A DNA stretch of 64,000 bases, taken from NCBI GenBank assembly GCA_013239625.1, contig MU053934.1, positions 5,846,399 to 5,910,398 on the forward strand, written 5' to 3'. Positions 23,499-32,250 of this stretch are shown here, one piece after another. The translations under genes were made by a program, and so were the position numbers. Every line of letters begins with the position of its first letter. Positions within the stretch are counted from its first letter, which is position 1. The notes beneath the pieces were generated by a model. The model had not been told where the DNA came from. It saw only the letters and a program-made list of their open reading frames with translations, and ran no database searches. The stretch comes from Lama guanicoe. Taxonomy: Eukaryota.

Positions 23499-25743
23499 AA
23501 TCACCAAGCTCTGAGTGCTGCCAAACACCTTACATGCAATGGTCTCATTTTCATTCTCCTAGCAACTCTTTGAGTTAGGTAAGATCTTTTCCCTTGTGGA
23601 AGGGATGACTGGGAACAGCTAAGGTGTACTGAGTACTGATTGTATGCCAGGCACTATGACAAGCACTGCTCAATAAATTATAATGTTTAGTCTTCACAAC
23701 AGTAAAGTAGGTATAATCAAGAAATCCATTTCACCAACGAGGAGCCTGCCCAAGTCATACAGTTGGTAAGTGACAGAGGCAGAATTTAAACCCAGTCCAG
23801 GCTGATGTCAGTGCCCCTGCTCTTACCTGCCTGTCTCATGCCCTCCTCCTCCCCACTCCCTGCTGCTGGCAGACAATTCCTTCTTCATGAAGTCACTCTT
23901 CACCGACACGGAGCACTCGACAATTGACTAAATTTTCATTTGATGAGGCTAGATCAAATCCAAGCTGAAGATTCAATTCTACGTTTTTGAAAACATCCAA
24001 AATTTCACCTTGACCGCATTTTGTGTGATGCTTATTTCTCCAGCCACTTCCAACATGGCTGACCTGAGCATCAGACTCAGGGTCAAGACCCAGAGGCGCT
24101 AATCCCAGGAAGATGTGCCATGCATCTGATTCTCCATTCATAGCAGAGCCTTACCTTGCGGGTAGGTCCGTGGCCTCTGACTACTCTTTTCAGAATTTTC
24201 TCATGAGATGTTCCTCAGATCTTTAGAGTCCCTGTCCCTGGTTCCACAGTAGTTTTGGTTAGGTGGGCCAGGTAGGTTTGAATGCTATTTAACCTCAAGC
24301 TACATCCTCTGCAAAAGTAGGCAAATCTTTTCCCAAAGGGTAGAAACTCTTCAAAAAATCAGATGAGCAAAACCTCCCACGAGGAAATTACAAGCCAAAT
24401 TCCCAGGTGTTATCCACATGTCTTTTCTCTGTCCCTTTTACTGTGACTGTGGGTATAAACTATTCATGATAAGTAAATCACTCCTGAAGGCCAGTGTTGA
24501 CCTTAGCCCTACATAGTGAATCCATTCTTTACCAGCTTGAAGACAGGTAGGTACTGTCCTCAATTTGCCTGCTTTTCTACCGCAGTTTGGGTGAATTAGC
24601 CTTGAACATCACACGACAGAATTCACCCTTCTTGGCAACCTGAGCTGCTTCATTAGGATCCTTCACTCCTGGTTTCTTATTTATTCTCCTGTTCATTCAT
24701 TTGAAAGGCAATAAACAGCAACAAAAGACAAAGTAAACTCGACAATAAGTAAGCATAAGTTGAGGAGCATGAGATTTGAAATACGTTTAAAAGCTTTTAA
24801 CTATCTCCACAGATACTGGTTTGGGGGTTTCCTTGGGGGGACTTTGCCACCTCCTCAAGTACCAGTTTACACAAGGCCAAACACAGAGGCATCCTGTAGT
24901 GTGTAGGGATGTGAAAAGATGTTGGCGAGGCCCTCTTCTGCAAAACTGTTGTCGAACACACCACATTTTATTTTCAAGCATTTTCATCCATCGTTACGTT
25001 TTTACTTTAATCCACTTTGACATTACCTTCAGCACAGTACGTTTCTGCTCTTTCCCTCATCATTACAGTTTATCTTTAAGGCACTGCCTAAACGTGTTTT
25101 TTTTTTAAGCTGGTCTGTTGAGAGTGGGTGAAAAGAAATACCCTAAACTGTCCTCAGGTCCGAGATGTGTTAGAAAAATAATTCAAGTCTCTGGTGAGAA
25201 GGCTACCTCGCAGGGGCATGTGGACACGTGGTGGGCAAGAAACGAATCTAGATCTGGTCCTAAAACATCTTCCCACTGCTGTGATTTTTGTTTTCTGATT
25301 ATTAAACTAATACATGTTCTTTTTTTTTTTAACTGTAAAATTAAGAGAAAAAGGAAACAATTCGTAATCGGTGTGATTTTTGCATGTGAGCCCGCCCCTC
25401 TGGGAAAGCGATGAAGAGAGGAACGCGCTGTCTCTGGCCCGAAACACCGGGCGGCTGGGTATCCCTTGCCTGGTAAATTCAACCAAGGTTCGGAAGACCG
25501 GCCGCCCAAGGGCCTGGGGCACAGGGCCAGCCCCACGGCGCTCCTCTTCGGCCACCTGTGCGGTGACTTGGCGCCTTCCCGGAGTAGCTGCGAGGCTCCG
25601 TCACCCCCGGTTCCCACCGGTCTCCTACGCAGAGACCCAACCCAGGCACCTTCTCCCGTAAGAGTCCACCGACTGAAAATAGATCCCGAGTCCGCCCCTG
25701 ACCCCCCTTCTTCAAATCCTCCCCTTTAAAGGGAGCCACCGGG

Positions 25744-26005
25744 TGACGCCAGGGGAGTTTGCGGAAGCGCCAACCGCGTTGGAGCCTTGGGCGGATCCCG
25801 TGATTGGAACCGGCCCCGCCCCCGGGTCCTCTTCCCCCATTGTGTGAGCAGCTCGAGCCCAGGCCCCGCCCCCTGCCACCTCCCTCCGGAGGCCCAACCC
25901 CTCCCCTTTTTTTCACCCCCCCCTTGGCTCATTTCCGGCCGCCGCTGCTACCGCTAGCCTGTAAGGAAGATTCGGCAGAGGGAAGAAACAACAGCCGCCA
26001 TCTTG
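25744..26005 (+). promoter_or_regulatory. TATA-less core promoter cluster: half-CRE TGACG (25744), ETS GCGGAAG (25761) and TTTCCGG (25932), inverted CCAAT (25803), GC boxes (25812, 25862), YY1 GCCGCCATCTTG (25994-26005)
   Basis: Direct consensus motif matches; occupancy not known. Confidence 0.7.
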
Positions 26006-26714
26006 TTTGTGTGCTAGGCTGGGGGGGAGAGAGGGCGAGAGGGAGCGGGCGAGAGTGGGCAAGCGGGACGCCGGGCTGAGTGCGAACTGCGGGAGCGAGA
26101 GTGCGGAGGGGAAGCCGGGCCAGAGAGAAGCGGCAGGGGCCGAGACAGTGGCAGGGGGCCCGGGGCGCACGGGCTGAGGCGACCCCCAGCCCTCTCCCGC
26201 CCGCACACACCCCCACCGCGGCCCGGGAGCCGGACCAGCGTCGACGCCTAGGGGGGACCATTACATAACCCCGCGCCCCGCGGCGCCTTCGCCCGCCGCC
26301 GAGGGCGGCCCCGAGCGGATCCCCGAGGGGCGGGCGCTCCCGGCACCTGGCTGCCGGGGGTGGGGGCCGTAGCGGCGGCCGTATTTATTTATTTTCCGCG
26401 GGAGGGGAGGGCGAAGGAGGAGAGCGCGGCGCGAGGGGAGGCCGCCTGCGCCGCCCGCCGGAGCGGGGCCTCCTCGGTGGGCTCGGCGTCGGCGAGGGCG
26501 GGCGGCGCTGCTCGGCCCGGCCCCCTTGGCCCTCTGGGCCGGCGAGCTCCGCTCCCGGCGTCCTCGCCGCGCCTCCGCCGCGAGATGTGAGGCGGCAGCG
26601 CCAGCCTGGATCTCGGCTCGGGCGAGCTCTCTGCGGCCATTAGGGGCCGGTGCGGCGGCGGCGCGGAGCGCGGCGGCAGGAGGAGGGTTCGGAGGGTGGG
26701 GGCTCAGGTCCGGG

Positions 26715-26768
26715 AGGGGACACCAGGAGGAGGTGAGTGTCTCTCGTCGCCTCCTCCTCTCCCCCCTT
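26715..26768 (+). ncRNA. MIR1281: miR-1281-like hairpin (mature-like TCGCCTCCTCCTCTCCC at 26747-26763); status as a true miRNA doubtful
   Basis: 12-bp stem 26725-26736/26747-26758; resembles the human MIR1281 hairpin in the EP300 5' region as I recall it. Confidence 0.6.
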
Positions 26769-26791
26769 TTCGCCCCCGCCTCCTTGTGGCG

Positions 26792-26905
26792 ATGAGAAGG
26801 AGGAGGACAGCGCCGAGGAGGAAGAGGCTGATGGCGGCGGCGGAGCTCCGAGAGACCTCGGCTGGGCAGGGGCCGGCCGTGGCGGGCCGGAGACTGCGCC
26901 TCTAG
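26792..26905 (+). other. uORF, 37 aa MRRRRTAPRRKRLMAAAELRETSAGQGPAVAGRRLRL (second in-frame ATG at 26831)
   Basis: ATG...TAG read directly; translation unproven. Confidence 0.6.
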
Positions 26906-27209
26906 AGTCGAGAGTTCTCCGGAATTCGCCGCAGCGGACGCGCTCGGCGGATTTGTGTTCCTGTGCCCTCCTCCGGGCCTGGGCTCGGGCCCGGCCCCTC
27001 GCACTTGCCCCTACCTTTTCTATCGAGTCCGCATCCCTCTTCAGCCACCGCGATCCGGCTAAGAGAAAAAGGAACTTCCCCCACCCCTCCTTGGGGGCCC
27101 GCGGAGCCCCCTAAGCCCACCCCAGGGATCCGGGCGGGGACCCCGGGCTGAAGAAGAGATTTCCCGAGAATTTTCGTTTTCCTCGCCTGTATCTCCGAAA
27201 GAATTAAAA

Positions 27210-27303
27210 ATGGCCGAGAATGTCGTGGAACCGGGGCCGCCTTCAGCCAAGCGGCCTAAACTCTCATCTCCGGCCCTCTCGGCGTCCGCCAGCGATGGCA
27301 CAG
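27210..27303 (+). CDS. EP300: p300 coding exon 1 (MAENVVEPGPPSAKRPKLSSPALSASASDGT; NLS KRPK)
   Basis: aaaATGG strong Kozak; donor CAG|gttagt; 94 nt. Confidence 0.97.
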
Positions 27304-30300
27304 GTTAGTCTTGGGATCCCCGGCCTTCCACCTCCTTAATCTTTTCTCCTCGCTGCACCTTTATTCGTCCATATTTTCTTCCTTTCTCTCGCTTAGTTCT
27401 CTGCCTCTTGATTAATTTTAAAGGTGTTTGAATGAGCTGGTCAAAGACGTCCAGTAGCCCAACCATTTTCTTTGCTTCCTAATACATTCATTGCAACACT
27501 GTGTCATATCGATGTGTGTTCTGGAATTAGAGCTCTTGAGTGGTGCTGTAGAAATGGCCTTTATTGTTGCTCCCGTGAAGTTTAATTTTGGAAACGCCAG
27601 TGCATTTGTGTTTAAGGGCTTTTTATGCAATTTTACTTTTAATTTCTTTTATTGTTGGTAAATGAGGAATTGCGGATCCTTTTTGATCGTAGTTTACTCT
27701 GTTTCCTTTACTTTCTACTCTAAGAATTTGTTTTTACGCAAGCTATTCTTTTGAGGATGAGGGTGTAAAAAAATCTTGGGCTTTTTACTTGTGTGATCCA
27801 GGATTTCAGGGTTGACGTGAAGTTTAATGCCAACCCTGAATTTTGGTACGGATTATTTTGCCTACTGTTTCTAGCTTTTTTGCTTCCCCCCTCCCCTTAT
27901 TTGTTTTAAGAATCAATATGGAGCGCAGTTCATTTTACATCTCTCATTTCTTTCGTGCGAGACCAAAATGTCTGAAACTCTGGGGTTTTAGGTTGTGGAA
28001 GAGCAGAGGCATTTTCTTTGCAGTTTGTAGTTACTTTCTCTTTGGGAAGGGTTGGGGGGAGGCGGTAAGAACCGATTTTATGGAGTTATGTACTTCGAAA
28101 TTAAGATCAGAGTCGGAAGAGTCCCAGTGGTGAACAGCAAACATGAGCTGATCATACGAAAGTTTAAAATGTGCATTAGGTTTTATATTTGTGTGTTCTG
28201 TTTTTTTTGCACTTTAAACATCTGGAGATCCAGATTTCAGTTTCAAAAAGCTCTACAGTTTTTGTTTTATTCGGTTGTGGACTATCCCTTTTGTCAAGAG
28301 AAATTCAGGGAGACTACCTTCCATCATCTCCTTGTTACAGTTAGTTTGGTACTGTCCTGATGGCCACCGACCTTCTCTTTTGCTGCCCTAGTTGTTTGAG
28401 GTGCCAGCATAATGAAGACGGAGAATGGCTGGCCATCTGACAGTCCACAAGATGTTCCCCCTTACTACAGAGCATCTCTTTAACTCTCTGAGAACAGGCT
28501 CAACGTCATCCCTCCATCTGCCAGTGAGAGTGCATAATGGAGTTAAATGTACCCTTTGAGTTTGTAGAGAACTTCTAAAGCATGGTTCTAAGTAGGCTTC
28601 ATTTCAAAGGGTGAAAATGTAAGGATATGGCAAATGCTTTGGATTCTTTGCTTTTATAAGAAAGATGTATTATGAGTTTGAGATAACCTGCAAAGATTGA
28701 GGATTTTTGCAGAGTTCTTCTGCTTCAAGCTTGTAACGTTGGTAATGCATGAACTTTGATCTGTCCTCATTCCTTGAAGTTTCTGTAGTCTTCAGGGATT
28801 TTTTTTTTAACCTGTCTTTTTTCCTCAGAATTCATACACATATTGAATATTCCTTTGTACTTACTGAAATGTTGCTTGGAAGGGTTTTTAGATCCCCTTT
28901 AGCCACATTTTCACCTGTAGATTGTTAAGGTGTTTCTTTAGTTTTTGTATCCTATGGTAGTTTCTGCTCTTTAGTTTTTGTGTAATGTGGTAATTGATTT
29001 TACATTTGAGTTAGCCAGTGACTTGGGATAGTGTAGAGAAAACTTTTTACGTGCATTATTACGATTCCTGATTTGAGCAGCTTAGTCTTAGAGTAGTGCT
29101 AGGCCTGAAAGGGAGGCTGTGCTCTGTTCAGACACCTCTGTTCAGGTGCACTGCTGCATTCTCCATATTTGATCTGTGTACTTGGTAACTTTAGCTAACT
29201 TATTTTGATAGTGTCTTACCTGGGTAATACACAGAAACTGTTTTGCTACTTGAAATATCTTTGAATAGTTATGAGTCCTAAATGTATCAAATGGGTTTTT
29301 ATAATAAGAAACCTTCAACATTGAGATTAACTCAATCTCACTACTAAGAGTTTGTTTTAGTGTTAGTTACTTTGTTCTAAATTTTGTAGTGAAGGTTGAT
29401 TCCCCTCCTGTGCCTACCCCCCCTTAAGATTCTACCCAGGAATTCTTGGTGTCCAATTTTTAATCCTAACCTGTCTGGATTTTTTGATGGGGGGAAGAGG
29501 GAATGGGTATTTGAATATACCGTCCCCATGTGAACTTCAAGTTGGGCACCATTACATTTTGATTTTTTGTTTGTTTTTTGCATCCAGCACTGTGTACTGT
29601 AAGTTTACAGGCAACTTTTAATGGAGACACTTCACTTTTTAAAACTTTACAGTTCAAACTTGTTAACTTCTACATTTTTACTTTTGATTTGCCACCTAGA
29701 TATTTTATAAACGTGAGTGTAAATTGTTTCTTGGTACTTGATTATGAATTTTACCTAGAGCTGGTCAAAATCATCCCAAAATTCTAGACCGCAGAAACTT
29801 TTTTTTAAATGACGGAGGCTTGCAGTTTTAGTAGTGTGAATGTACCTGCCAAGAGTGTTTGCATTTGCCAGTTTTATAGGAAAGAAAACGAATCCTTTTA
29901 GGTTGACATGCTAAAGCACTACAAATTAGTGTTTAAATCCCAAATTCTGAATTTCTGAGGTTATCCACTGATGCAGAATAAAAATGACTTACTTAATTCT
30001 CAAAGATTCTTCTAAAAAATTTCCAGATTGATTAACTTGAATTAAGTTCAAATTTTACATGTCAGAATGGGAAGAGACTTAGAGGTTTTGCATTTTTATG
30101 TTCATGTTTCAATAATTGCACTTCATCCATTGAAAATTTTATTTAAGTGGTATGTTTAGGTCAAAACTGTTTGAGAAATCAGATGACTTTCTGTTCTACC
30201 CTCTCCACTGTGCCCCCTCCCCCCCAAAGAAGTCATAAAAGCCGCTTGTAGAAATGTTTTGGTCAAATTATTGACTAGAATAGTTAACAGGTAAGTCCTG

Positions 30301-32133
30301 GAAATGTTTCTTGAACCTATTTCTAGTAATAACCTGAGTGATGAGAATGATGAGGATGCTATGTTGCCTTATTTGCTCACTGAACATGTTCTATCACTGC
30401 TTTGTAAACACTTAATGCTGTATGTACAGAAAGAACAGACTCTGGAAAGATGGGTGACTGCACTGGGCTCTGGCAATACTAAGTAGGGGAGAAGATCCTT
30501 CTGGTGTTGATACGGTTTTGTGGCCCTACTGTGTACTCAGGTGTCAAAATTGGTTTGAATTTTTTGCCTGCCTTCATTTTGAAGACACGGGGCAGATGAA
30601 GCTGCATTTTGACCACTAGGTTAGTGTAAACAATAGAGAAGTGGCAAGGATTTTTAAAAAGTCAGTTTTACTTTCTGAAAACATCATTGTGTATTAGTGG
30701 TTTATCATCTAACCAGAGTATTTTTGGTGGAGGCCATTCTTTTTCAGCTCTTGCACCTGTGAGATTATATTTTAATTTTATGTTTTAGGCATGAGTATTT
30801 ACATGAGAGTTTTGCTTCTGTAGTTTTTGAGTTACGGCTCTTTAGTCCAGTGAGGTATTGCTGACCTCAGTGTTAAATTAAATTGCAAAACATCTTACTA
30901 AGTGCCTTGAACTTTGGAAGTTACATGTTCTCAAGGCTTTGTAAGTTCGTTTATAGGACTTCAAGAAAGCTATCTGTGGTTGATAGTGAGGTAGAGTGAC
31001 TTTTGTTAAATTGTAAATCTTGTATGTGTTATAATGAGTGCCCTTTTCCAGCTAGAGTTCATATTCTGTTGCAGAGGTAAGAAATGTATTGGCGTGTCCA
31101 GTGAATGGTTGATGGGGAGGGGGAAAGAGTTTCTGCCTTGGTTGCCTTTTGGTGTTATTTTCTCTGTTTAGCTTTTCTGCCTTCTCCTTAGTCTGTTCTA
31201 TAAAAAGGCAGGGAATTGAAACAAGAAGTTGCAAATTAGTGCATAGTGGTGCTTGTAAGGGAATTAAGTAGTAAAAAGGAAAGGGAAAAAAGGAGTAGGA
31301 AGAATGTTGCAGATACAAGTGGGAGTGTAAAATACTTCCTCCTGGTATATTTACAAAAAACAATTCAGGAGTTATTCTGCCAATATATACACCCAACAAT
31401 TAATGGGAAAATAAGACATACTTGTTTTGTGTGATTTTTTTTTTTTTTGAGATTTTAGGGTTTCCTCCTTTGAGAGTTTCTGAAGTTGATTTTTTTTTTA
31501 AGTATGACAAGCATTAGAAAAATTAATGGGCAAGTTGAAACTTAAATTATGCCAAGTGTGAAATATTTAAAACATTGAATTTTGCAGATGATTTTCTTCA
31601 TGAGATGGGTAGTGATTTTCTTCTGTACTTTTAATGGGAAAATTTTTGCTCAGTTCTCAAAAATTTAAGAGAATAAATATTGAGATTTTAAGCCTCTTCT
31701 GAACGATTTGGATATCATTTGTCTTTAGATGTAGATTTTTTTTTTATAAATGCTCCAAAAGGCAGTTAGGAGTAATTTAGCTGAGAGAGAATGTAAAATT
31801 TAAACTATGGGAAAAAAATGAATGGTTGAGAGAATGAATTTTGGAGTCAGACTAGTGGAGTTCAGATTCCAGACCTGCTTTTTTTAACTGCAAACCTTGA
31901 GCCAATTGCTTAACCTCTCCATCTCAGCTTCCTCACCTCAGATATGTAAGGCATAATGAGAAATCAGAAAGCAGATTGTTCTCATTGGAAATACTCAAGA
32001 TGAGAATTTGCTATAAAGAATCATGTGGTTGAACATTATTTTTTATTTGTTTATCTGGATCATAAAAGAAGACTTTCCTAATGGAGGAGGAAGTAAAGTA
32101 GAAGGAGCAGTGTATCCCCTTTTCAAAATTTTT

Positions 32134-32250
32134 TTAAAACTTTTTTTTATTTTGGGGGGTAATTAAGTTTACTTATTTATTTTAGAGTAGATACCAGGAC
32201 CTTATGTATGCTAAGCATGCAGTCTACAACTTGCGCTATACCCTCCCCCC
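32134..32250 (-). mobile_element. tRNA-derived SINE with B-box deletion
   Basis: ccaggaccttatgtatgctaagcatgc...gctataccctcccc; GATTGAAC segment missing. Confidence 0.82.

Larger units (their letters stand above)
25380..27330. promoter_or_regulatory. CpG island, EP300 promoter and 5' leader
   Basis: Very GC- and CpG-rich against CpG-poor flanks; spans first exon. Confidence 0.93.

Noticed and set aside
26261..27004. 247-aa minus-strand ORF and other overlapping ORFs in the CpG island
   Set aside because: Low-complexity R/P/A/G products, expected from stop-codon scarcity in GC-rich DNA; this one has a non-ATG start
26737..27114. 125-aa ORF with acidic run DEKEEDSAEEEEAD
   Set aside because: GTG start; alternative reading of the same GA-rich tract as the uORF; stops before the p300 ATG
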